The notes beneath the pieces were generated by a model, which had not been told where the DNA came from, searched no databases, and was given only the letters and a program-made list of their open reading frames with translations. 64,000 nucleotides of DNA from Auanema rhodensis (taxonomy: Eukaryota > Animalia > Nematoda): contig OZ059897.1 in the NCBI GenBank assembly GCA_964057225.1, positions 16,678,001-16,742,000 of the forward strand, given 5' to 3'. Below, in pieces: positions 38,307 to 51,075 of the stretch (position 1 is the stretch's first letter; each line of letters opens with the position of its first letter). The position numbers were made by a program, and so were the translations under genes.

Positions 38307-41164
38307 ATGGCTTCAGCTATGAAATTTCTTTACTACTCTAAAAAGCCGGCTCATCGAACTCTAACGAGCACTTTGTGAGTTAAGTTTTTGATTATTTTTC
38401 TGATTTTTACGGGATAGGTCTCATGGCGACACCCGACTGGAAGATTTCAAGAGAAGATTTCGACGAAGTGGATCACTTGGTATTCCATTTGTTCCTGAAG
38501 AGGATATTCATGACTTATTCTCCGATCATGTATGGTTTTTCTAAAGTATGTTGTTTGGTGATACACCAGCTTGTCTTTTCTAGAATGTTTCTGATGTCTC
38601 TTTGGCTGACGAAGAGGGTCATCCCATTTTAACTATTATTGTACGTTGTGGCAGAGCAGTGAATGGAATAGCAGATATGATCAATAGTCTTCCTGTAGAA
38701 ATTCACATTTATTATTCACTGAATATGAGAATTTCCAGGCCAGTACAGCTATTCGACATATGGAAAGTCGTGATTGCGAAGATGGATCAGTTGTTCATAT
38801 GGATATTCTCGTTGAGCTAGAATTACAAAAAGGAATGAACAATCAAGATGCGATGAAAATTATGCAACGCCAGGGACTTAATGTAAAATTTCTTGTTTTT
38901 CAAATGTGGTGATCCTTTTCTTCAAGGTTTATGAAGTTTCATTCAATATCAAGCCTGCAATAACTGAAAACTCAGAAAAGTTCGTTGAACCAGGATCCAA
39001 TGGTATTAATTCTAAACAAGCTTTATTGGAAAAGTGTTTATAGATGCAACAACAGGATCACCATGGTTTCCTAAAAATATTTATGATCTTGATATTTGTG
39101 CTAAAAGGGTTATCATGTATGGTGCTGGTCTAGATGCAGATCATCCAGTAAACTTATATCAAAATTTCTTTTGAAATCTAAAAATCTGATTTATAGGGTT
39201 TCAAAGATAAAGAGTATCGTGAAAGACGAATGATGTTTGCAGATGTTGCCCTAAATCACAAACAGTATATATTAAAAAGTTTTTTGTGCATGTTAAAAGA
39301 AAAATTTAAGAGGAGAACCAGTGCCACGTATTGATTATACTGAAACTGAGAAGAAAACTTGGGGTGTTATATATCGTAAACTGCGTGAACTTCATATGAA
39401 GTTATATAATATTTTATAATAATTATCAATACATCTTATTCTAGATATGCATGTCAAGAGTTTTTAGATAATTTTGAACTACTTGAACGTCATTGTGGTT
39501 ATTCTGAAAGCAATATTCCACAACTGGAAGATATTTGCAAATTTTTGCGAGGTTATTGTTTCAATCATTTGCATCTGAATTCAAATTCTTTTTATTTTTA
39601 AGCTAAAACTGGTTTCCGTGTTCGTCCAGTAGCTGGATACTTATCAGCTCGCGATTTTCTAGCTGGTTTGGCATACAGAGTCTTCTTTTGTACTCAATAT
39701 GTTCGGCATCATGCTGATCCACTTTATACTCCAGAACCGTATGAATTCTGAATTAACTTATCATTTCTGAATAGTTTTCTTTTCTAACTATAGGGATACA
39801 GTACACGAGTTAATGGGGCATATGGCATTATTTGCTGATCCAGATTTCGCTCAATTTTCTCAAGAAATTGGATTGGCTAGCTTGGGTGCTAGTGAGGATG
39901 ACCTCAAAAAGCTTGCAACGGTATTACTATTCTTAAATACGTGTTAAAATATATTTTATAAAAATATATATATAATTTATTTATTATTTCAGTTGTATTT
40001 CTTTTCAATTGAATTTGGATTATCATTTGAAGGAACTGATTTATCTGGTGATGATATCGAATTAAAAAAGAAATATAAAGTTTATGGTGCTGGACTACTA
40101 AGTAGTGCTGGTGAATTACATGTAAGATATTAAATTTTAACCAAATTACTCTCTACTTTTGAATAACTATTACATTCATGTTACGAATGTTTGAATCTAT
40201 ATAAATGATTTCTATTATGAATTATCATCAGCTTATATTGATCTTCCTCTATCTATATTCCTCTCTTTTCTCGTTCTCTTCATACATATATTCTTCTATT
40301 TCTTCATCGGTTTCTCAGATTTCCTACTCCTCCCACTTTCTTTCACCCTTTTCAGCATTTTATCTATCTCTTCCTTCCCCTCTACCTCTCCCCATCGTCT
40401 ATTCTCACTCAATCTCCTTTCTAATCATTTTATTTCTGTAGCATGCTGTGGAAGGAAATTCAACAATACTTCGCTTTGATCCTGATCGAGTTGTTCAACA
40501 AGAATGCCTAATTACTACGTATCAAGAAGCATACTTCTATACACGTAATTTCGAAGAAGCACAACAGAAGCTAAGGTTACTTATCTTACCTTTCAAAATA
40601 TTTATTTTTACAAAATCTTAGGAAGAAAAAAAATTTCAGCATCAGTCACTTTTTTCACAAAATAATCTTTTCTCTTCTTGCAATTCTTTTTAATGTTTAA
40701 GCTTTCAAGTCAATCCGTTCGCCCCCTCTCACTCGTCAAAGTTGCTTTGCCATGTTAAGATTCGAGTAGCATTTTCATGACTGGTCTTTGTTTTTGCAAA
40801 AATCAATTTTAAAATCTAAATAAATTCAAAATTTTGAGAGAAAAACATTAAAAAAACTGATAAAATCAGATAAAATAATGAATCATCAATATTATCTTTT
40901 GAAGAATGTTCACGAGCAGCATGAAGCGACCATTCATTGTACGATATAATCCATATACTGAAAGTGTAGAGGTCAGCATTATTTCATATGAAAAACATGA
41001 ATAAAAAGATTATTTGAATATAATTCTTTTTAAATATTAAATTTAAATATTTTTTTAATTTAAAAGTTAAGGTTTTAAACAATAAACGATCACTCATGTC
41101 TGCAGTAAATACGCTCCGTTCGGATATAAATCTTCTTGCTTCAGCACTTCATTATGTGATTTAA
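38307..41164 (+). CDS. tph-1: Tryptophan hydroxylase (serotonin synthesis)
   Basis: [13 protein letters not shown]...[24 protein letters not shown]; [38 protein letters not shown]; [32 protein letters not shown]; [10 protein letters not shown]; ends [16 protein letters not shown] (TAA 41162-41164). The Fe-ligand His/His/Glu are intact. Confidence 0.97.
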
Positions 41165-43432
41165 ATAAGAAAAAAAAACGGAAAATAAGTAGAATGAAAT
41201 AAAAATTTTGTTTTTTTAAAGTCAATTACTATGTAGTAGTTTTTCTTTTTTTTCTTTTGTACTTTATTAATGTTTTAAAATATAATAGTTTTAGTTAATA
41301 TTATACTATTTAAAAATAATTTTTATTTTGAATAAATATTCGTAATCTTATTCGTTTTTATCAGAATATTTTCTCAATTTCTTTAGCTTTTCTCAAAACT
41401 AACATATGCCAAATTTCTAAGGAAAAGGGAAAGCAAAGGAATATTTGTTGTCATTTGATTACAAATCGAAAAAAAAAGAAAAAAAATATGAACTGATATT
41501 TTCCATACCAGAGATAGTTTTTTGTGAGTTCGTGACTACACTAACCTCAATATCAATCAACATGCAAACATAATCTGGAAATAATCATTTATTCAGTAAA
41601 GTCTTCGATCTTCTTCAATATCCCTACATATATAGTATTTGAAAATAATTAATTATTTTTACCTTATACTTATATATATATATTTTTTTTAATATATAAC
41701 TCTAATTTATTATTTTTTTTAATTCTCTCATATATAATCTTAGATATATTTAATCTATTGGAGAGGAAGTTTCTGAAATTACTTGTCAGCTCACTTGCAG
41801 CTGTGAGTGATGAGGATGTGTGCTACTGACTAGTTCTGTACTTTTCCTCCTGAGAGAGTTTTTCCAATTCTTGAGCAAAAATCTTCAAAAAATAGTTAAA
41901 GGAATACGATTCTATTAATCATCTTAAGTTATTCGTTTTCTTTTTTTTTGTCAAAAATAATCCCAAATTCGCATAAAATCAAAATCTTTCTGTCATGAAA
42001 TTTGCAATTATTAAATAGTTATATTCATATACATACTAATTGCAAGATTTAATATTCGAAAAAAGATCAAAAATTTAAAAAGTATTTCTGAGGAAATATA
42101 AAAAAATTATTTTTCTTGAAATCTTTTCTTATTTCTATGTAAGAGCAGTATTTGTATGCTTTGAATATCTTCTTCTTACTCTCGTCACACTTTCTTCCAC
42201 CCCTCTACTTCCTCAATTTTTCTTTCTGGTACTCCTTACTTTTTCTCCTATATTTCCATTCTCTCTCGTGACTTTTGACTTTCATTGTTGAATAATTTAT
42301 TTATTTACTTGATCTTTTTCTTATTTGTTTACTTTCAAACCAATTAATTAGAAGTACAAAGAAAATAAATAAAAATAAAAGATTATACAAAAGTATTTGT
42401 AAAAAGTAATTATACATATAAGAATCAATTATAATAAACAATTTTAAAAAAAAATTATTGAATATTAGCTATATGCTTACACAAAACTTTTTTTTACACA
42501 TATCAGTGATCTCATTAATATTTTGAATAATTGAAAATAGATTCAAGGTGCTTTTGAAATGAATTATAATTTACACATATCTATCTATTTATTTAACTAT
42601 ATCTATAATATATGTATATTATACAATATTTAGTTAATATAAAAAATTCATTTTAATATCCAGATCAAGTTGTTTTAATGCTTTATGATGTTTCGTGTTA
42701 GTATAATACTGAACATTTCATTTTTCGTTAAATTGCTTTGATCAACCAATCGTAAGAGCTGCAATAACGATGATTTTTTTTGAAAAATGTCAAAGTAAGT
42801 TCATGTGATTTAAGAAAAACATGAACATATTTAAATAAATGATGACATCATCTTCATTTACTTCTCAAAAATTCAATATATTTTATTGTATAAAATTGAT
42901 TTTTTGGTTCAAAATGTAATTGAAACCTTTCAACTTATTCTCTATGCTTATTACAATTGAAAGTATTTCTGAAAAAATGACATTTGTACTATTATATGTT
43001 CTATCTATTCATATATAATATTTCATAGATATTTTACGTCTCCCTTTTCATCCTACGTTAAATATATTGAATTCTACATGAATTTTGGGTAAAAGTAACT
43101 TCATTTCATGATGTACCACAACGGTTTTACGTTCCAATGAACTTAGGACTGATTCATTGTTTTAAAGCTTTATGTTTTACCTTATATGCGATTCAATGAA
43201 CTAAATCGGAATCAAAAGTACTTCATTTTATTATTATTAGCTTAGTTTATATTCTTTTATACTTTCTATATCTTACTCATTCATAACAAAAAATTATTCA
43301 TTTTTCTTTAATTATTTTGATAGTATCATGATTAATATAGTTAACTTATATTTTAATAAATAATTATTTTTAATTTAATTTTAGGTTTATGTTTATGTTT
43401 AAACTTTAATTTTCTTATTTTTAGGAATAAAT

Positions 43433-46400
43433 ATGGTTGAGTTACAATATCTAGAACCTGTTCCACTCATTCGAGGTGCTTTAACCAAATCATGTGGAGA
43501 TTTGATGGATGCTTTACTGTATCTTCATCGACCGGTAAGCTTTTAAAAAAGATTATGTTTAAATGCTTTAGACTTTATGGGTAAAACCTTTTTATTTTAA
43601 ACCTGAGATCAATCTTAAAATAGCAATTCAGTGAAAAAAAAATATTCTGTTGAAATTAATAAAAATAAATATTTACAAATAGGTAATTCATCATATAGAA
43701 TATCAAGCTTCTTTTAAAAAAAGTGTTTTGATGCGAAATGGCCATTCACCGTTTAGGCTTACAACTACTAAGATTTCGAAGCTAAATTGAAACTGACAAC
43801 AGTAGGAGAGAGACAGGATGAAAAGAGAAAATAAGAAAAAAATTTTTTTAAATAGTTAACTTCCTTTATGTTCTGAGATTTCTATCCATTTTTAGCTGAG
43901 CGAAACATAGTTAGAAGCAATGACATCAGTATTGAAGGTAAAAGGCCTGAGGGCCATGTCAACATGCTAAATTGACTTTGTCTTTTCGTCTTTCAACCAA
44001 TAATTGTAAAATCTGTGTCGCTAATGTTTCTCCTCCTTCACACTCAATAGAAAAGATTATTGGAATTGAGAAATTTGCACAAGTAGCTCTTCCTCGTGTA
44101 CCATTTTTGCCTAATTTTCAACATTTCCGTCTAAATGTCTCGTATACCTGACAGGAAATATTCGGTATGATTTATGTTTCTTGTTAGGTTGTTCATCAAA
44201 AAAATTGAAAAAGTAAAACAGTTATCAAGTTTATTTTAATATTTCTTTTATAATTTAGAATATTATAACAATAAAAAATATTATTTCTTAAATGAAATAT
44301 AAACATTAAAGTTAATTCATCAAACATTCAGTGTAAGATGTAGGAAGTACATCAAAATAGAATATTTAGTTTTTTGATTTTTAATTAAAAATTACACAAA
44401 TTAATATTAGTTTAGCGAATAAAACAATACAAATATTTAAATTTTAAAAGTTTTTTCTTTAATCTCTCTCATACTATCTCTTTAAAACATCTAACAACTA
44501 ACTGTTCTCATTCCTTTTTTTCTCTTTTTTCCCTCTTATTCCAACCTTTTCTTTTACCATTACCGCCGCAACAGATTGGAAAACCGGCTTATATGGGTAA
44601 TTCTGTATTAGTATTCACTTTATTGTAACATGAACATATTCAAACATTCTCCCAATATTTCTTTTTCAACTCTCTCCTATCATCAAGAGTTGATAAAAAC
44701 GTTTTTTCCAATTTCTCCCGAGATACTTCTATTAAGTTTTTCAATCAACAATTAAAAACAATCTTATAACTATTATATATAATATTTATATTTATTTCTA
44801 TTATGCTTAAACGTCTAATACGAAAGAATAAACGAAAGGTATGCTAGGAATTCATTAAATTTTAATTTATTTCATTTAAAATATAAATTTTATACTAAAA
44901 TATACAAATAGAATATAAGATTATGATTAATCTTTTATTTTATTTTTTTGAACAGATAAAAGAATTGAATTATATTTTTAATAATGATTCTAAATAATAA
45001 TATAAAAAGTACATAATTAAAAAAAAAATATTGTATGAAAATAGTAAAATTTTAACGATTAAATCATATATTTGGTTAACAATCTATTGAAAAATATAAT
45101 TTTACATCATATCTTTTAAATAAAATAATGAGAATAGAATCTTATAAGAGTGTTATCTTTCATCCTAACATATTACCGCCCCCATGATTCACGTACCAGC
45201 AACTCTATGCGTTCAACTTCAAGACAAATTAACAGTAAGACTAACTATATTTATATAGTTAATATCTCCAATTTATATTTTTTATTATTTTCTTTACAAC
45301 ATTTCTTTTTAAATTATAAGATATTTTGCATTATTGGTTAAAATATATTTCTCTTTAATTTGTATTCTTTTACAAAACTTTTCTTACCATGTTGCTCTCT
45401 GATGACATCATATCTTATCAGTTTTCTGTCATAAGAATTGAATATTATCTCAAAATTGAAATTAATTGAAAAAAAAAAGAAAAGAAAAAAGAAATTTAGA
45501 TATACAAATATACATAACATGTATTACCTATACATATAGTTTGGTGTGATAAACGTAAATGTTAACAACAACAAGTTTATTCAATGTATACTATAAGACG
45601 ATTTGGTAAATGTTTTCCTTTAAATAGTTTAAAAACATCAAATAATTTTTCCTTCTTCACTTATAAAAATATTTCTTTAATTTACGTTTTTAGGAGCAAA
45701 TGAAAGAAGTCTCCGAAAGGAGGTCAACTTTCGCTCGAATTCCTGCTCGTTCAGTTTCAGCTCCGCCACGGAAAAAATGGTTTAAACGAAGTAAGTTATA
45801 TTATGCTCATGATTAACGTTTTTTAAACAAAATTATAGTAATTTGTGTTTTGTATAGGTGCAGGAACACTGGAAAGATCTAGCTCAAGTTCTACTACAGT
45901 ACTTTGTGATGAATTTACTCGAAAATTAGTTGGTGCTATTACAACATGGCATGATATTCATAGTAATTTACTTCGATTAAGTATAGGTAAACAGTATATT
46001 ATTACATATTATTAATAAAATATATTTTATTTTAATAAAATTTGAGAATTTGTTTGTAATTTAGATCGAAGTAGTTCTGACAGTTCAATAAGTAGTCGAT
46101 CTACAATACTATCAGATGAGGATGAAGAAGTAATTGGTTAGTATTTACTTATTTATTGAAATAAATAAATAAATAATTTTCTTTTTTAAACATCTAATTG
46201 TGATTTGAAATAATCTTTTAAGTACCAAATTACAATAAAAAAAAACCATCTTGGTAGGATACAATAATTCCCAAATCACATTTAAAATTAAAAAAAAATT
46301 AAATAATTATGTATTTTCAGAAGGAGGAAATCCTAATTGTCTTAGTCCACCACAAACGTCTAGTAGACTTTCAATTTCAAGCCCTGAATTAACTTCTATT

Positions 46401-46441
46401 CAAATTAAGCAAATGTTCCCTGAACTTAGTGAACATTGGAG
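43433..46441 (+). CDS. dgk-5: Upstream alternative N-terminal exon block of the diacylglycerol kinase gene (two alternative first exons plus four shared exons)
   Basis: First exons 43433-43534 (MVELQYLEPVPLIRGALTKSCGDL...) and 44803-44838 (MLKRLIRKNKRK), both phase 0, join 45694 (EQMKEVSERRSTFARIPARSVSAPPRKKWFKR). Further in-phase exons run to ...IKQMFPELSEHW(R) with a phase-2 donor at 46441 and no stop codon, so the block must splice onward. Confidence 0.65.
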
Positions 46442-49056
46442 GTAAACACTTTTTTTTTAAATTTGAAAAAAAGCTTTTCCGGGAAGTTAAATCAATTTTA
46501 AAAGTTATTTAGAAATAATTAAATAATATTATCATTTAAATAAGAAAAAGGTACGTTCATTATTTTTTTTTCTTTTTATTTTATATCTCTGCTTATGAAT
46601 TGGCTATCTTATTTTTATTTTCAATTATATTATAATTAATATTATATATATGTAGATACACATATATATTATAGATAAATTATGTATTTTCTTGAAAAAT
46701 ATTATAAGTTATAAGATAATTTTTTTCTGCCAAATAATCCTTTTCTTCTTTTAAATATATTGTCTTTTATGTTCTTGAAATCCAGAGAAAAGCCTTTTCC
46801 TTGTATTCACACATTTTTTATATTAAAGAAGCCAAAAATGATGTACATATCTATATATATTATGAAAAAGTACATATAATATATAATATTATATCTATCT
46901 ATCTATCTTTTGATTCATTAAATATATAATATTAATTCTTATTAGAATATAAACAAAATTATGAAAAACTAAAATAATATGTACATAAATGTACATGTAT
47001 GTATGTATAATTCCTTACTAATACATATAATTCTTTACTAAATTACTATTATTATTATCATGAATATTATCCGTGATGAATCAAAATTTTCATCTCTTTC
47101 CTATCATCTTAATCTATTTCTTTGATATTAAATTATTATGTGACTCGAAATAAGCTTAGAGACCACTTCAAACTTTATTTTGTTTTGTTTTATGTTTGTT
47201 TTAACAGATTTTTGGAATATTTATCAAAAGAAAATAAAATACAAACTTTTCATATTATCCACCAACAGGTCTTTTTTCTGAACATGTAAAGGTGATGATG
47301 ATTTAGTTATGCTTAGTAATGTTGTTGACAAGTTCTAAAATGCTGCAATGCTTTTCTGCTAATCTCTTGTTGTTTCCTTTTTTTAATCATTCAATTCATA
47401 GTTAAGCAAATATTTTATTTTTTTTTTTAAATATAATGTACTGAAATTATTATAATATCTATGAAATAGTCATGTTATATTGATGGATAAGCTTTTAGCT
47501 CTAAAACTTAATGAGGAACTTTTTGGCTTGTAATCGGCTAAACAGCTCCGCTAGACAAAATGAATCAAAACGACTAGCTATAGAGCTAAACGAAATCACG
47601 AGGGCTTGATTAATGGTTTAAATCTCATTTCGAGAAATTAAGCTTTTTAGATAAATTCTTGTAATTTAATAAGTTTTTTAACAAAGTTTCTATTATATGC
47701 TATCTAAAGCTAACTACATTATTATATATCTTTATATATTAACTAGAACTTTTCTCATTTTAAATTATTGAATGGTTTCAGAATACTAGTAAAGTTATAT
47801 AATAGAAGTTTTTGAAAAATTATTTAAAAAAAATGAAATGAAGAGCGTTTGAAAAGAAGAAAAGGAAGATATAAGAAAAGATATAAGAAGGTAGATGAAA
47901 CATACTAAATGTCATTTTCCTGGAAAATAACCTTATACGTTACTTGAAAAGTTTCTGATAAAATATCTAAGAAATATAATAAAAATTATAATATATAAAA
48001 GAAATTTTGAATATCATATATATCAATATTTCTTTTATATAGTTAACATTTTGGATAACATTTGATTATTTCTTATAAAATGCTTTATATTACTATCATG
48101 ATATCATATAAAGTTTTAGATTTATTCATGAAAAATATTGTATTTACATATATGCATATTATTATTTTATAAATTTCAATTTATATTAAAATATTTTATA
48201 ATATTATAAAAATATTAATTTTTTAGTATTTTATATCATAAAATTAGCTGTAATAAGTATTTTTATTGAATTGAAACATATGTACATATAGTATACATAA
48301 AACTAATTTTCTATTCTATTCTCTTCTTTTCATATTTCTCATAAAAAATTTTATTTTTTTTTCTCATGAAGAAACTAATAGTGTTTTTAATTTTTTTTCT
48401 GTTGAAGCAGTAAAAGTTCAAAGAAATTGAAAATGAGATGAAGAATGGAAAGAAAGAGATAGTTTGTGAGTAAAAAGCATCTGGTATATCTTGAATTGAA
48501 ACGATTCTAAATTTTTGTTTCCGGATAGTTAAATCAGCTTTGTAACTCAGATGAAGATTTTGTCCTTTCATTCTTTTCCTTTTTTTTGCTTGAATTGTAA
48601 AAGCAACTTGAATTCAAGATGATAAGAATATGGCAACATAAGCTTATTTTATAATTATTTGAAAACCAATGAATATTATAATATTATAGTTAGTGTATAT
48701 GATCTTAATTAATTTTGAGTTTAATCGATTACTTATATGTATATTAGACATATATTATATCTTTACATGAATATCAGCGTGATATATCTATATATAAATA
48801 CGTTTTTGATGTTGAAGAATGATCAAAAAGAATTCTACATATAACGTTATCATCTTTTTTTTAGTTTGAAGAAATAAAAAAGAAGAAGAATTTTTAGTTT
48901 TACATATATTTCTTCTTTTTTTTTAAATTTTATATTTTTTGCTAGTTAAGGCTTCATTTGCCACATTTATTTCTCTTTTCTCTCTTTAATTTTCTTTTCT
49001 TTTCCTTTAATATCGTCATACTCTCTTTGATTTTCATTCTCTTTTAAATTGTGTTC

Positions 49057-49121
49057 TACGTGAAGTTCGTTTGCGTGAACTCACGTGAACTGAGTTCTTC
49101 ATTTGCATTAATGCATACGTA
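49057..49121. promoter_or_regulatory. Compact cluster of bHLH/bHLH-PAS and POU-octamer motifs upstream of the internal dgk-5 first exon
   Basis: TACGTG (49057), TTGCGTG (49071), TCACGTGA (49081) and ATTTGCAT (49101) within 65 bp of otherwise AT/CT-rich DNA. Confidence 0.4.
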
Positions 49122-50177
49122 GAGAGCAGTTAAGCTAATTCTTTCTCCTTGTTCATTCTATATCTATGTGTCCTCTCTGTGAACCACACACTTCGTCTAC
49201 TTCTCCCTCAAATACCATGCGTTATAGCTACTTTTCGCACCCCTCTTCCTTCATTCTTCATCTACTTTCCACTTTCTCTCTACAATTTTTTTATTTTATA
49301 CTTTGGTGCCTGAATGAGAAGACATATTGGGCGGAGTTATGTGGTCACAGTGAACCAAAGGTATGAGGAAAAGGCGAAAAAGAAGCAGAGATCTGCAAAG
49401 AGAGTGAGCCGAAAGGTGATGGAGAGGTAGGCAAAGCAGGAAAAGAAGAAAGATAGAGAGATCAGACCAGTCAATTTGGCTTTTCTGGAGCAGCAAGAGA
49501 GAGAGGGGAGAAAACCGGAAAAAGAGAAGGAGAATCTGTGCTTAATCCGGCTTTCTCTTCCTCTCTCTGAGCTGTTCGTCCACTCTTTTCCAGCTTTCCC
49601 TCTTTCCCTTTTCATTGTTTCTCTTCACTTTATATGTTCAGATCCAGCAAAAGAAGAATATATTATTACTTTTTTAGTCTTCTTCTTCATTTGCAATCGT
49701 TTCGTCATCATCATCATATCTCTAAGCTCTATCCATCTATCCATATTCTTACCTATTTCATTACGATACCTTTCTTTGTGTATTTTCAAATATTTAGTAT
49801 AATTAAGACAAATATATAAATTAAATACCTTATATATAATACATATTTATATATATATAGATATATATATTATACATATAATTTTAAATTTTATTTAGAT
49901 TATATAAAAAAGGATAAAAGAATGAGCATTTGTTTTGTATTTTTGAACTTGAATCTTATCTAATACGATCTAGGCTATAATTCTTCTAGTATTACAACTA
50001 TTATTCAGGACTTTCTTCTATTCATTCAATATAACTTAACTCTATTCATATAAAACTTAATTTTCTCATGTATTTCATATATATTTTTATATTTCCATGC
50101 TTCTCTTCTCAATCGTTTCAAGTATTCTTTTACATTTTATCCAGAAGAACGTGTTGGGTGAAACTTGAACCTGAAGT

Positions 50178-51024
50178 ATGATTGCACTACGGAAAAACAG
50201 TGATGATGTATTTTATCGTCAACAGCAGCAACAACAATCATCTTCATCATCTACTTCAAAATCATCCAATACGGGTGCAGCTGGTTCTGCCTCCGGTCGC
50301 ACAGGCTCATCATCCAAGGAAAAAACAAAAATTGAATCACGTCGATCAACTCCGATCTGGCGGAAAAAATCGTCTCCAGTTAATCAGACGCAGCAAACAG
50401 CCAATCAAACAGCATCTTGCTCATCTTCTGCACATGTGGCAGCTTCAACTTCAACATCTATAGGTACATCATCCAGCTGTGCTCCATCGTCATCATCAGG
50501 ATCGGCTGGAGTTTCATCTTTAGCTCACCATCATCACTATCATACTGCAAGCTCTCCGGAAACAAGTTCCCAACGTAAAAAAGCAACGAAGAAGAAATCC
50601 TGGCGTGGAGAAGGAGCAGCACGTAAACTAAGCGAAGCCTTACCCGCTGCCTTAAGAAGTCCAACGACAATACTTCGTCGTAAGAAGACATTAGGGCCCA
50701 GTCTTAGTTGGGATCCAGAGCATAGGTACGTGCTACATTTCTTTTTCTCTTTTTTTTTTATAAAAAAGTCCAAAAACATCAAAAAATTGTATCTTGAACG
50801 CTATTATCCGTTATATCCCGCTAAGTCTATTTTCAATTAAGTTTCACTTATTCGGTCATTTAACTTTGGATATATTGTTTAAAAGCTCATTCATCTTTCA
50901 TTATCGTATTTCATGCATGATTTTTTGATTCGAAGTACGAACATTTTAATTAAAACAAATAAAATATAATCATTAAAAAAAAGATTGTATATCTAAAAGA
51001 ATATACAACATACATCAATTCGCT

Positions 51025-51075
<51 letters not shown>

